From a virus (taxonomy: Duplodnaviria; Caudoviricetes): 64,000 nt of DNA. Positions 44,662 to 53,841 of the stretch are shown piece by piece. A model generated the notes under the pieces. It saw only the letters and a list, made by a program, of their open reading frames with translations, made no database searches and was not told the origin of the DNA. Position numbers and translations under genes: made by a program. The stretch is taken from the IMG/VR virus record IMGVR_UViG_3300002091_000027, positions 1 to 64,000 of that record. One strand, given 5' to 3'. The first letter of the stretch is position 1; each line of letters begins with the position of its first letter.

Positions 44662-47600
44662 ATGGAAAAGTTAGTCCACCTTCATGTCCACACCGAACAT
44701 AGTTTCCTTGATGGACTTCAAACAGTAAATCAATTAGTAGAACGCGTAGTTTCTTTAGACCAAGAAGCCGTTGCTATCACCGATCATGGTGAGTGCAGTG
44801 GACACCTTCGTCTTCAGCATGCAGCAGATGCAGCTGGTATTAAACCTATTTTTGGTATGGAAGGTTATTTCACCGATGACCGTCATGAAAAGACTGGTAA
44901 GAAGGGTGAAAATTACGACCACATGACTATTATGGCTCTTAATGCCAAAGGCTTGGAGAATCTATGGTCGTTATCCAGCATGGCGTACATTGAAGGTAGT
45001 TACTATGGCAACCCACGTTTTGACTGGGAACTTTTAGAACGTTATAACGAAGGTCTTATTGTTACTGGTGGTTGCATGGGTGGTTGTATTGGTAAGCATC
45101 TCAAAGATGACGGTATTTATCAGCGTGCTGTAGAACGCATTAGTCGTTATCAAGCTATCTTTGGTGATCGTTTTCACTTAGAACTTCACACTTATCTTGA
45201 CCCTGAAAGCAACGAATGGAACATGCGTGTAGCAGAGGCAGCTCTTGACTATAGTGTTCCACTTCTTGCTGTGAGTGATGCACACTACGCTAAGCCTGAG
45301 CATTGGTATGCTCATGAGTTAATGACTGCTGTGCAAATGGGTAAGACTATGGATGACCCAACACGATTTAGCTATGGTCCTAATCAGCTTTGCATCTTTT
45401 CTGAAGAAGAAACCCGCAGCAGATTAAGTTACCTACCCGAAAGTATTGTTGATCAAGCGATCAATCGTACAAACGAAATCGCACAGATGTGTGATGCGCG
45501 TGTACCTGGGTCTCGCAAGATGCCTGTGTTCTATAACACTGCGGAGATGGATGAACGTAAATTGCGTGAGTCTGTCGAAGAAGGTTTCGCACGAAAGATT
45601 GTAGGCCATGTTACAGAAGACATGTTACCTATTTACCGTGAGCGTATTGAGTATGAAATGGAAGTTATTATTACTCGTGGGTTCCCAGGTTATTTTTTAA
45701 CAGTACAAGACATTATTGATTGGAGTAAAAATGAAGGATTCCTTGTGGGCCCTAGTCGCGGTAGTGTGGGTGGTAGCTTGCTTGCTTACTGCATGGACAT
45801 TACCGAGGTAGATCCGATACCTTCTGGTCTTATCTTTGAACGTTTCCTAAACCCTGAACGTGTAAGCATGCCTGATATTGATATCGACATGCCAAAGTTA
45901 GAGCGTGGATTGGTACGTGAATACCTTGAAAAGAAATATGGCAGACATAACATTGCTAGTATTGGTACGCTAAACACACTTGGTATACGTCAAGCATTAC
46001 GTGACCTATGCCGTGGTATGGGTATTGATAAAGATGATGCTGCCAAAATGTCAGATATTATTGATGACGATTGGAACATCAAGAACCGTGGTGCTGATTG
46101 GGAGACTGTCGAAAAGCAATACCGTAGAGAATACGCCCCATGGATAACTAAATACCCACAATTGTTTGAGACTTTACCTGAGGTTGTAAACCACATCCGT
46201 CATGCTAGTGCTCACGCTGCAGGTATTGTTATTAGCAAGGACCCATTGGTAGGTGCTATGCCACTACGTTATAGTCCAGTTAATGATGATATCCGTACAC
46301 AATTTGATATGAGTGATGTTGAAGAGTTGGGATTTGTAAAAATTGACCTTCTTGGTCTACGTACTTTGAGTACACTCATGGCTACTCTAAATCTTATTAA
46401 AGAAAACCATAATGGTGTATTACCGTTTGAACATTTCTATGAATGGAATAACAACTGGGATAAGTACTACAACGATGCTGACGTATGGGATGACGTTTGC
46501 ACTGGCAATAATATTGGGTTGTTCCAGATCGAAACAGGAAGTCTACGCAATCTTGTAAAACGATTCCAACCACGTAATATAGAAGACTTATGCACCATGA
46601 TTGCTATTTACCGCCCTGGTATTACCCGTTCAGTAGACAGTGAGACTGGTCTTAATCTACTTGAGATGTACATGCAGAAACGTGAAGGTAAGCGCAAGGT
46701 GACATACAAGCACCCCAAGCTACGTGACATCTTAGGTGTTTCCTATGGTTCATTTGTATACCAGGAACAGATCATGGAAACTTGTGTTGCTCTAGCTGGT
46801 TATACCATTGTTGAGACTGACCGTGTACGTAAAGCTGTAGCAAAGTCTAACTATGAAGATATGGTTGAAGAAGCTGATACATTTGTTCGTAAGTGTATTG
46901 AGTCTGGCGTTGACCGTGAAACTGCAAAGTCAATTTTCGATGACATGCGTGCGTTTGGTATGTATGGATTTAACAAGAGTCACGGTTATGGATATTCTAT
47001 GCTAACTTATTGGACTGCATGGATTAAACATCATTATCCACGTGAATACATGACTGCTTTATTCCGCACAAATCCAAAAGATAATGTTGTTTATACTCGT
47101 GAAGCTCGACGTATGGGTATTGAAGTACTAGGTCCTGACATCAACGAGAGTGGTGGCAATTTTACTCTCACCAAGGCTGGCAGTATTCGTTATGGCTTGA
47201 ACAGTGTCAAGTACATTTCAGGGTCTGCCCAAGAACTACAGAAGCTAGGGCCATTCACTAGTATGGATGACTTTGTAGAGCGTGTTCCTTCTAAGAAAGT
47301 AAACAAGCGTGCAGTTATAGCTATGATTAAATGTGGTGTGTTTGATAGCATATGTGGGGATGCTAAGAGTGCCCTACAGCAGTACCTTAAAGCACGAAAG
47401 GAATACAAAAATTATGACGATAGTTGTAGCGTTGATTGTACTCATTGTTTGGGTCATCTTAGCAAGTTTGATTGTTACGCAGATTTACAAGAAAATATCA
47501 TGGCGAGGGGCCAACACGAGCACGAGCTTTTGGGAACTATGGTTAGCATTGATCCTCTTGCTGCTTATCTTTCATTGATTGAAGAAGAGCATAATTTCCC

Positions 47601-47946
47601 TGGGGAGAAGAAAATGTTCCAAGGTGAGAAGGCTATGATCGGTGGTATGATATCACAGGTTAAAGAACTTATTACTAAGAAGGGTAAGAATCCTGGTGCA
47701 GAAATGTGTCAAGTATGGATTGAGCTTCCTATTGATAGCGTAGAAGATGAAATTGATATTGACGAAGACGTTGAAGTTTTGTCAAAAGATGATAATGTGC
47801 AGGTTGTGGCATTCCCTGATACGTATAAACGTATCAAGGCTGACATACAGATAGGTACTCCAGTTCTGGTGGAAGTTGAGAAGCTCAGGGATGGTCTTAG
47901 TCTTAAAAATATATTCCGTCTTGACAAGCTGACTGAGACCTGTTAG
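44662..47946 (+). CDS. dnaE: DNA polymerase III alpha subunit with intact PHP domain
   Basis: HLHVHTEHSFLDG, TDHG, GPSRGSVGGSL, FERFLNPERVSMPDIDID, KIDLLGL, YGFNKSH; no intein seen. Confidence 0.96.
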   Translation: MEKLVHLHVHTEHSFLDGLQTVNQLVERVVSLDQEAVAITDHGECSGHLRLQHAADAAGIKPIFGMEGYFTDDRHEKTGKKGENYDHMTIMALNAKGLENLWSLSSMAYIEGSYYGNPRFDWELLERYNEGLIVTGGCMGGCIGKHLKDDGIYQRAVERISRYQAIFGDRFHLELHTYLDPESNEWNMRVAEAALDYSVPLLAVSDAHYAKPEHWYAHELMTAVQMGKTMDDPTRFSYGPNQLCIFSEEETRSRLSYLPESIVDQAINRTNEIAQMCDARVPGSRKMPVFYNTAEMDERKLRESVEEGFARKIVGHVTEDMLPIYRERIEYEMEVIITRGFPGYFLTVQDIIDWSKNEGFLVGPSRGSVGGSLLAYCMDITEVDPIPSGLIFERFLNPERVSMPDIDIDMPKLERGLVREYLEKKYGRHNIASIGTLNTLGIRQALRDLCRGMGIDKDDAAKMSDIIDDDWNIKNRGADWETVEKQYRREYAPWITKYPQLFETLPEVVNHIRHASAHAAGIVISKDPLVGAMPLRYSPVNDDIRTQFDMSDVEELGFVKIDLLGLRTLSTLMATLNLIKENHNGVLPFEHFYEWNNNWDKYYNDADVWDDVCTGNNIGLFQIETGSLRNLVKRFQPRNIEDLCTMIAIYRPGITRSVDSETGLNLLEMYMQKREGKRKVTYKHPKLRDILGVSYGSFVYQEQIMETCVALAGYTIVETDRVRKAVAKSNYEDMVEEADTFVRKCIESGVDRETAKSIFDDMRAFGMYGFNKSHGYGYSMLTYWTAWIKHHYPREYMTALFRTNPKDNVVYTREARRMGIEVLGPDINESGGNFTLTKAGSIRYGLNSVKYISGSAQELQKLGPFTSMDDFVERVPSKKVNKRAVIAMIKCGVFDSICGDAKSALQQYLKARKEYKNYDDSCSVDCTHCLGHLSKFDCYADLQENIMARGQHEHELLGTMVSIDPLAAYLSLIEEEHNFPGEKKMFQGEKAMIGGMISQVKELITKKGKNPGAEMCQVWIELPIDSVEDEIDIDEDVEVLSKDDNVQVVAFPDTYKRIKADIQIGTPVLVEVEKLRDGLSLKNIFRLDKLTETC

Positions 47947-47974
47947 AGTCAATACCAGTAGGAAAGGAGTTGCT

Positions 47975-48115
47975 ATGTCAACTAAAAATCAAATGAAGTT
48001 ATGGCGTTGTCCAAAATGCAAAGAAGAAATCAAAGCTCTTGCTCTTCAGGTTTCTCACAAATGTAAAAGTAATAAGAATCTCAGCACTAACTGGGAATTA
48101 GTAGAGGAGAAATAA
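47975..48115 (+). CDS. 46-aa Zn-finger protein
   Basis: RBS GGAAAGGAG; WRCPKC...HKC. Confidence 0.6.
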   Translation: MSTKNQMKLWRCPKCKEEIKALALQVSHKCKSNKNLSTNWELVEEK

Positions 48116-48420
48116 TGGGAGATTACGAATATCAACAGTTGGAAAACAGTAGTATCAGAATGGCAGTGCATAAACCTGAAAATTGTATGAGCGAGATTTG
48201 TACAATTCATCAACGCACTGATCACAGCATGCGCCGTTTCCCACAACTTTGGAGGGGAGATCGCAAACTAATGATGCGTACCTGCCCACATGATGTTCAA
48301 CATCCAGATCCTGATGATTTTAAAATTATTGACGGCATTGATGATGGAGAACACGAATGTGATGGTTGCTGCATCCAATTTTCAGACGAGGAGCCAGATT
48401 ACAATGCAAATAACGATTGA
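48115..48420 (+). CDS. Cys/His-rich protein of a type common in actinophages
   Basis: VH...C...CTIH..TDH.MR.FPQLWR.DR..M.RTCPH...HPDPD...HECDGCC. Confidence 0.65.
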   Translation: MGDYEYQQLENSSIRMAVHKPENCMSEICTIHQRTDHSMRRFPQLWRGDRKLMMRTCPHDVQHPDPDDFKIIDGIDDGEHECDGCCIQFSDEEPDYNANND

Positions 48421-48526
48421 TATTGATGATAAATTGTTTGATACCTTGACTCGAATGGCTGAGTCGTATAGAATGGATATAGAGCAATGGCTCGAATACC
48501 ACTTGGAGGAAGAATATGGCCGGTAA
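48404..48526 (+). CDS. Ribbon-helix-helix-like small protein
   Basis: MQITIDIDDKLFDTLTRMA. Confidence 0.55.
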   Translation: MQITIDIDDKLFDTLTRMAESYRMDIEQWLEYHLEEEYGR

Positions 48527-49631
48527 AACCGATGCTATTGATAAATTAATCGCTGATTTGAATAAATTTACACCAGAGGGTAGCAACAAACCTTTGGTAT
48601 TGCGTGGCAACAATATTGAAAAGGTCAATGCTATCCCATGTTTTACACCAGCACTGGCATATCTGTTAGGTATTGGTGGATGGCCAGAAGGTAAGCTCGT
48701 TGAGTTTTTTGGCAAAGAACACTCTGGCAAAACTTCGTTTGCTATCCTTGCTCTAAAAGATTGTTATGACTATTACAAGGGTAAAAAGATGGTAGCTATC
48801 ATCGACCTTGAACACCGTTTCAATCCTGAATGGGCTGAGAAACTTGGTCTTAAAATTGATGAGAACCTTATCGTTGTACAACCACCAGATGCAGAGACTG
48901 GTACTGACATGATGGTTGCACTAATTAAAAGTCAAGAAATTTGTGCTATTGTATGGGACTCTGTAGGTGCTGCAGCAACTAAGCACAGCATGCAACAACT
49001 CACTGACAAAAATGATAAGATGGGTGGTAACGCTGCAGTAATGAAACGCAATGTTCAAACTGTTGCTCCATTGGCGAACCTTTATGGTGTTACATGTTTC
49101 TACCTAAACCAACTACGTGCTGACATGGATGGATATAATCGTCCTATGACGCCAGGTGGTCACGCAGTAAAACACGCTATGTCCGTACGAATCTACCTAC
49201 GTCCTGGAAGTGACAAGTACTTTGATAAGATCAATGGCGAGAATACTCAGGTAGGTAATCCTATCGTTATTAAGACTGTAAAGAATAGTTATGGTCCTCC
49301 TTTCCGTGAAGGTTGGACTGACTTCTACAGCCAACCATGTGTATTTCTAGACCATCCTGGTATTGATACACGAAGAGATCTAGCACGTATGGGTATTCTC
49401 CTCGGAGTAGCACAACGTGGTGGTGCATGGTTCACATGGCGTGATATCAAAGCACAAGGCCGTGACACATTCTTTGAGCAAATCTGGAAGAGTGGCAAGG
49501 CAGAAGAGTTCGAGGCGGAGATTATCGAAGCCATTAAGAAGGGCTCAGGCATTACAGAAGTTGAAGGCGATGAATTCTTTGGTCGACCATTAACATCAGA
49601 CAGTGAAGACGTAAACGATCCGGAGGTATAA
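48516..49631 (+). CDS. recA: RecA-like recombinase
   Basis: GKEHSGKT, IDLEHR, IVWDSVGA, LNQLR, TPGGHAVKH, GGAWF. Confidence 0.95.
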   Translation: MAGKTDAIDKLIADLNKFTPEGSNKPLVLRGNNIEKVNAIPCFTPALAYLLGIGGWPEGKLVEFFGKEHSGKTSFAILALKDCYDYYKGKKMVAIIDLEHRFNPEWAEKLGLKIDENLIVVQPPDAETGTDMMVALIKSQEICAIVWDSVGAAATKHSMQQLTDKNDKMGGNAAVMKRNVQTVAPLANLYGVTCFYLNQLRADMDGYNRPMTPGGHAVKHAMSVRIYLRPGSDKYFDKINGENTQVGNPIVIKTVKNSYGPPFREGWTDFYSQPCVFLDHPGIDTRRDLARMGILLGVAQRGGAWFTWRDIKAQGRDTFFEQIWKSGKAEEFEAEIIEAIKKGSGITEVEGDEFFGRPLTSDSEDVNDPEV

Positions 49632-49632
49632 C

Positions 49633-49827
49633 ATGCAAGTTGGAGATACAGTAGTACACATTACATCAGTTGGCATCATTGTAGGTGTTAGCACATCAAA
49701 CAATCCTGTTGTGGAATGGGCTGAAGATACAGTGTTTGAAGAAGTTGTAGCTGAGGATTTAATCCTTGTTACAATGCCTACACCAACAGAGGAACTTGAT
49801 CCTAAGAAGGAAGAGAAAAATGACTGA
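49633..49827 (+). CDS. Small SH3/KOW-like hypothetical protein
   Basis: MQVGDTVVHITSVGIIV...VVEW...EDL. Confidence 0.5.
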   Translation: MQVGDTVVHITSVGIIVGVSTSNNPVVEWAEDTVFEEVVAEDLILVTMPTPTEELDPKKEEKND

Positions 49828-49999
49828 ACATGAAGATGAATATGAAGGCGTAACTCTTTACGTAGATGCTTCTGAAGACTGGCCAAACAACTTAGCTGGT
49901 GTTATGATTCACGAACAAAGAGTGTATGTAGAAAATGGTAAAGTCAAGATCATCGGTGATCCTATATGGAAGTTCGGTGAAGAAGATGACAGCGATTAA
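49820..49999 (+). CDS. Small acidic hypothetical protein
   Basis: ATG 49820 after AAGGAAG. Confidence 0.5.
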   Translation: MTEHEDEYEGVTLYVDASEDWPNNLAGVMIHEQRVYVENGKVKIIGDPIWKFGEEDDSD

Positions 50000-50123
50000 G
50001 CATTTTTGCCATGTATGTAATATTAAATTTCAACGTGCTATAGATTTTATTTTACATAAGCACGAGGAGATTAAACCTATTATAGAAAAATTTGTAGGAG
50101 AAGAAAAGAATGACCGAATGTAA
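49986..50123 (+). CDS. Small C2H2-like zinc-finger protein
   Basis: FCHVCNIKFQRAIDFILHKH. Confidence 0.55.
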   Translation: MTAIKHFCHVCNIKFQRAIDFILHKHEEIKPIIEKFVGEEKNDRM

Positions 50124-50259
50124 ACATTGTGGTATGCCAATTGTAAGATATAGCTCCAATGCTACTGATTGGGATAGATTGGGTGATGATGATCAATGGG
50201 TTCACACAAGTCCTCATGGACCTCATAAAGCTGAACCAGATTGGCAAACAAAATCATGA
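50110..50259 (+). CDS. CxxC..WxH mini-protein 1 (49 aa)
   Basis: MTECKHCGMPIV...QWVH...HKAEP; manual translation. Confidence 0.65.
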   Translation: MTECKHCGMPIVRYSSNATDWDRLGDDDQWVHTSPHGPHKAEPDWQTKS

Positions 50260-50329
50260 ATTCATGGGTTATGATAATTGATACTCTTATTATGACAATT
50301 GGTATGGTTGTGATTGCGAGCATTAAAAG

Positions 50330-50503
50330 ATGAGTGAACATGTTCCAAAAAAAGCATTATGCAAAAATTGTTTTAGTAAAAACGGAGAACGTAGAGAAAT
50401 TCTTCAAGGTGCTAATGGAGAATGGGTTCACCAATTTCTTGATTATACTATCAAATGTCATCCATTTGAACAATGGATAGCCGAACCAATGGAAGAAGAA
50501 TAA
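50330..50503 (+). CDS. CxxC..WxH mini-protein 2 (57 aa)
   Basis: CKNC...EWVH...KC...IAEP; manual translation. Confidence 0.65.
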   Translation: MSEHVPKKALCKNCFSKNGERREILQGANGEWVHQFLDYTIKCHPFEQWIAEPMEEE

Positions 50504-50504
50504 T

Positions 50505-50870
50505 ATGGCTGAACATAAAATTAAAGATGATAATAAACCTGAGGGTTATAGAATGGTTTCTTCAACTCCAAAGCAAAAATCAACTCCATTCCAACAAATA
50601 CTTAAAGAAATACAAGCTATGCATGATAAAAAGCAAGCTGACTATGGGAAAAAAGGAGACCCATTCGCAAATGTGAGAGCAAGCGAAGAGTGGGGTATCC
50701 CAGGTTGGATAGGTTGCATGACTAGAGGAACGGACAAAATTAAACGTCTTCAAGCTGCAGCACGTGGACAAAATCTTGTTAATGAAAGCATCGAAGATTC
50801 ATTGCTTGATCTAGCAACTTACACAATTATTGCACTATGTTTATTTAGGGAAGAAAATGGGATACAATAA
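50505..50870 (+). CDS. DUF1599 / nucleotide-modification-associated domain protein
   Basis: KKQADYG...FAN...DKIKRL...ESIEDSLLDLATY. Confidence 0.8.
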   Translation: MAEHKIKDDNKPEGYRMVSSTPKQKSTPFQQILKEIQAMHDKKQADYGKKGDPFANVRASEEWGIPGWIGCMTRGTDKIKRLQAAARGQNLVNESIEDSLLDLATYTIIALCLFREENGIQ

Positions 50871-50991
50871 ATGTCCTGAATGCAATGAGAACCTTCTGTT
50901 AATTACAGAAGGAAATAATGCTTATTGGATTCATGATGATCCAGATTTAGCTAATAATCCAGAATGTTTTCTAAGAAATGTGGCAGAATGA
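50857..50991 (+). CDS. CxxC..WxH mini-protein 3 (44 aa)
   Basis: KCPECNENL...YWIH...PEC. Confidence 0.6.
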   Translation: MGYNKCPECNENLLLITEGNNAYWIHDDPDLANNPECFLRNVAE

Positions 50992-51242
50992 ATGAAGAAC
51001 AATTGCAGCTATTTAACCCAACTGAATTCCTTGCTATGGATGGTATGTGGAGTATAGAGCTAGATATTGATGACAATGAATTAAGTTATATAGATCAAGT
51101 TGCTGCGATTGAAGGAATCACTCGCAATGAATTTATCAACAACGCAGTAAAAAGATATGCAGGCAATTTGACATGTCCTACCTGTAAGAAGTATCGTATT
51201 CCAGGGGACACATGTTCCCACTGTGGAGAGTTAGATCAATAG
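50988..51242 (+). CDS. CopG-like RHH protein with C-terminal Zn ribbon
   Basis: IELDIDDNELSYIDQVAAIEGITRNEFINNAV; CPTC...CSHC. Confidence 0.7.
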   Translation: MNEEQLQLFNPTEFLAMDGMWSIELDIDDNELSYIDQVAAIEGITRNEFINNAVKRYAGNLTCPTCKKYRIPGDTCSHCGELDQ

Positions 51243-51373
51243 TGTTCTGTGGCGATTGCAGGAAGCCTGTCCATCTTGGCAAAGTATGGTGGGTGCATGA
51301 TGAAACAAACGATATTCGATGTAACCCTGCTGTAAACAATGATAACATTGAACCAATAGTAAGTGAGGAATAA
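51242..51373 (+). CDS. CxxC..WxH mini-protein 4 (43 aa)
   Basis: GTG start; FCGDCRKPV...WWVH...RC...IEP; TAATG-coupled to the next gene. Confidence 0.6.
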   Translation: MFCGDCRKPVHLGKVWWVHDETNDIRCNPAVNNDNIEPIVSEE

Positions 51374-51798
51374 TGCAAACGTTTTTACCATACCCAGATT
51401 ACGCAGCAAGTGCCAAAGTTTTAGATAGACAAAGACTTGGCAAACAACGCGTAGAAAATTTGCAAATCATTAAAGCATTGCTTGATCCAACATACGGATG
51501 GCAAAATCATCCAGCAGTAAAAATGTGGCGTGGTCACATTATTTCTTTGTTGGATTACCAAGCTGCTATCTGTAGTGAATGGGTAGGACGTGGATACAAA
51601 GATACTTGTCTTGATAAATCATTTGCTTTGTTAAATGAATACAGCGGTGAACTACGTATAATTCGACCTTATTGGATGGGTGATATGGAAATTCATACTA
51701 GTCATCAAAGCAATCTTATGCGTAAATTTCCAGAACATTATGGTCAATACTTTGATGTTCCTGATAATCTTGAATATGTATGGCCAACAGCAGCATGA
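51373..51798 (+). CDS. Pyrimidine-dimer DNA glycosylase-like protein (MSMEG_6728 family)
   Basis: MQTFLPYPDY...LDRQRLGKQRVE...HPAVKMWRG...SHQSNLMRK. Confidence 0.88.
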   Translation: MQTFLPYPDYAASAKVLDRQRLGKQRVENLQIIKALLDPTYGWQNHPAVKMWRGHIISLLDYQAAICSEWVGRGYKDTCLDKSFALLNEYSGELRIIRPYWMGDMEIHTSHQSNLMRKFPEHYGQYFDVPDNLEYVWPTAA

Positions 51799-52055
51799 GC
51801 GAAAATTTTGATTTTAACATTCCTATATCAGATGATCTTATAGAATTTCACAGAGATATCACGTTTGGTGAAAAAACTGTTACTCAAGAACAGTTTGCAA
51901 AAGCAAAACAATTCCATGCTGAGGAGCTTTTGCTTAAAAAGATATTTAACAAGGTGGCTAAGCAAGTAGAACCGGGTGATCATTGTCTTGAAGTTTTATG
52001 GGATACCATTGAAGAATACATTGAAAAGAATAAACGATTTATGAGACAATGGTAA
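51795..52055 (+). CDS. Hypothetical protein
   Basis: ATGA-coupled ORF. Confidence 0.55.
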   Translation: MSENFDFNIPISDDLIEFHRDITFGEKTVTQEQFAKAKQFHAEELLLKKIFNKVAKQVEPGDHCLEVLWDTIEEYIEKNKRFMRQW

Positions 52056-52056
52056 T

Positions 52057-52473
52057 ATGGGTAAATTCCAACAGAAATTTAGTCAACGACAGGAAAAAGA
52101 ACTTGAGGCTGAATGGCCTCTTGCTCATCGTACGGTAGGTTCTGGTAATAAGTGGGAGAAGGGTGACCTCTCAACAGAAGAACAATACAACATATCATTT
52201 CTTGTAGAAGCCAAAGCTACCCAAGCGGCATCGTATAGTATTACCAAAAAAGTATGGGACACAATCAAAGAACATGCTCAGAATCGCAGTTGGTTGACTA
52301 GACCCATCTTGGCCATCAGATTATATGGTCCTACCATGGAAAAGACCAACTGGGGTGGAGAAAGAGAAAATACTCCTGATACTCTTCCAGTGGAATTAGA
52401 TTTGATATGTATGGACAAGAATGATTTTCTTGAGCTATACTATGATTACCTACGTCTAAAGGAAAAGGAATAA
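52057..52473 (+). CDS. PD-(D/E)XK Holliday-junction-resolvase-like nuclease 1
   Basis: QEK...GSGNKWEKGD...FLVEAKAT. Confidence 0.8.
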   Translation: MGKFQQKFSQRQEKELEAEWPLAHRTVGSGNKWEKGDLSTEEQYNISFLVEAKATQAASYSITKKVWDTIKEHAQNRSWLTRPILAIRLYGPTMEKTNWGGERENTPDTLPVELDLICMDKNDFLELYYDYLRLKEKE

Positions 52474-52685
52474 TGTGGTCATGGATACTGGCAGTCGTTG
52501 GTTCATGCGGACTATTCTTTGTAGGTAAAAAAAACATATGGGGATTTGTAGTATTGTTTATTACAGAACTTTTATGGTTTATCTATTCATTCTCTACCCA
52601 TCAATATGGTTTTGTGTTCGGTGGTGTGCTGTATAGCGGTATGTATATTAAAGCATTTATCCATTGGAAGAAAGATCGAGAATGA
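52473..52685 (+). CDS. PnuC-like small membrane protein
   Basis: MWSWILAVVG...GKKNIWGF...ELLWFIYS...QYGF...FIHWKK. Confidence 0.7.
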   Translation: MWSWILAVVGSCGLFFVGKKNIWGFVVLFITELLWFIYSFSTHQYGFVFGGVLYSGMYIKAFIHWKKDRE

Positions 52686-53434
52686 GTTTTCTAGAACGTA
52701 CGCTAGCTGCGTATCAAAACGATGAACCTATTACTAAGTACATTGAAGAAGCATTGATGAAGGGCAATATCTTCCCTGAAGAATACCCAGTCAAAGTTTT
52801 CAACAAAGAGCGTCTGTTTGATAATATGTATCACCCATCCAGCGACGTATCAGCTGGAGAATTACAATTATATTATAAATTTCATCCAGAGGAGAGATTA
52901 TTATTACAAGAAGAAAGAATAAGCCCAACCCTGGCGATGACGTTTCAAGTTGGTTCGGTTTTCCATTCGGTAGTGCAGAACTTACTAATCCATTTGGGGT
53001 TCACTACCATAGACAAAGTCGAAGTGAAGTTCAAAAACGAAGAACGCATGATAGCTGGAGCCGTCGACGTATTGGAACTGACTACCCCGGATGGCGAGAA
53101 GTTCTTAGTCGATATAAAAAGCACTAACCAATTACCTAAAGAAGCTAGTTACCAGTATGCTATGCAACTTAGAACGTATCAGGATAATTGTCCTGATGCT
53201 CCTGATCGTATGGCACTTCTATTTATCCAAAAGTCTTACCCGCACAAGATAAAGACGATTGAAGTAAAGAAGGATCAAGATGAACTCGATAAACTATACG
53301 ACAAATGGTCAAAGGTTAGAGTGGCCATCGGTAAGTCCGATCCGTCTGAGCTCAAACCCTGTTGTACTGGCACTACAGATGAGACTTACCTTGGATGCCC
53401 TGCAAGAAAAATCTGCCACCTTTGGAACAAATGA
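52682..53434 (+). CDS. Cas4/RecB-like PD-(D/E)XK exonuclease
   Basis: GSVFH, GAVD, VDIKS, QLRTY, C-terminal CC...CPARKIC. Confidence 0.85.
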   Translation: MSFLERTLAAYQNDEPITKYIEEALMKGNIFPEEYPVKVFNKERLFDNMYHPSSDVSAGELQLYYKFHPEERLLLQEERISPTLAMTFQVGSVFHSVVQNLLIHLGFTTIDKVEVKFKNEERMIAGAVDVLELTTPDGEKFLVDIKSTNQLPKEASYQYAMQLRTYQDNCPDAPDRMALLFIQKSYPHKIKTIEVKKDQDELDKLYDKWSKVRVAIGKSDPSELKPCCTGTTDETYLGCPARKICHLWNK

Positions 53435-53784
53435 TGACTTCACCACAGAAAGCTAAAGGTTCTCAATGGGAAAGAGATGTAGCCAAGTACTTTAATGAAC
53501 GCGGCTTTCCAGAAGTAGAGCGTCGTTATGGTGCTGGTGCTACACTTGACAAAGGTGACATCAATGGTGTTAAAGATACTGTTGTAGAGGCTAAGAACTG
53601 GGCTAAAATTGTGCTCGCCACTATTATGGACGAGACTTTAGTAGAACAGAAAAATGCTAAGAAACTTTTTGGTATTGCTGTCATCAAGCGTCGCAATAAG
53701 AACGTTAAAGATGCTTACGTTATGATGACACTTGAAAATTGGATTGATCTTTATTCATTTTACGTTAATAAAAAACCTGAATAG
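53431..53784 (+). CDS. Hjc-like Holliday junction resolvase 2
   Basis: KAKGSQWERDV...DKGDI...VVEAKN. Confidence 0.85.
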   Translation: MMTSPQKAKGSQWERDVAKYFNERGFPEVERRYGAGATLDKGDINGVKDTVVEAKNWAKIVLATIMDETLVEQKNAKKLFGIAVIKRRNKNVKDAYVMMTLENWIDLYSFYVNKKPE

Positions 53785-53787
53785 ACT

Positions 53788-53816
53788 TGTAAATAAGTAA
53801 AATACCTGTGTATAAT
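53788..53816 (+). promoter_or_regulatory. Promoter TGTAAA-N17-TATAAT (equivalently TTGTAA-N18)
   Basis: Perfect -10 box in the gap before 53842. Confidence 0.6.
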
Positions 53817-53841
53817 ATCATTTAACCAGATCGGATGGAAG

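Noticed and set aside
52682-53434. Cas4-like gene as a sign of a CRISPR system
   Set aside because: No repeat-spacer array or other cas genes seen; stand-alone Cas4-like nucleases are common in phage recombination modules.
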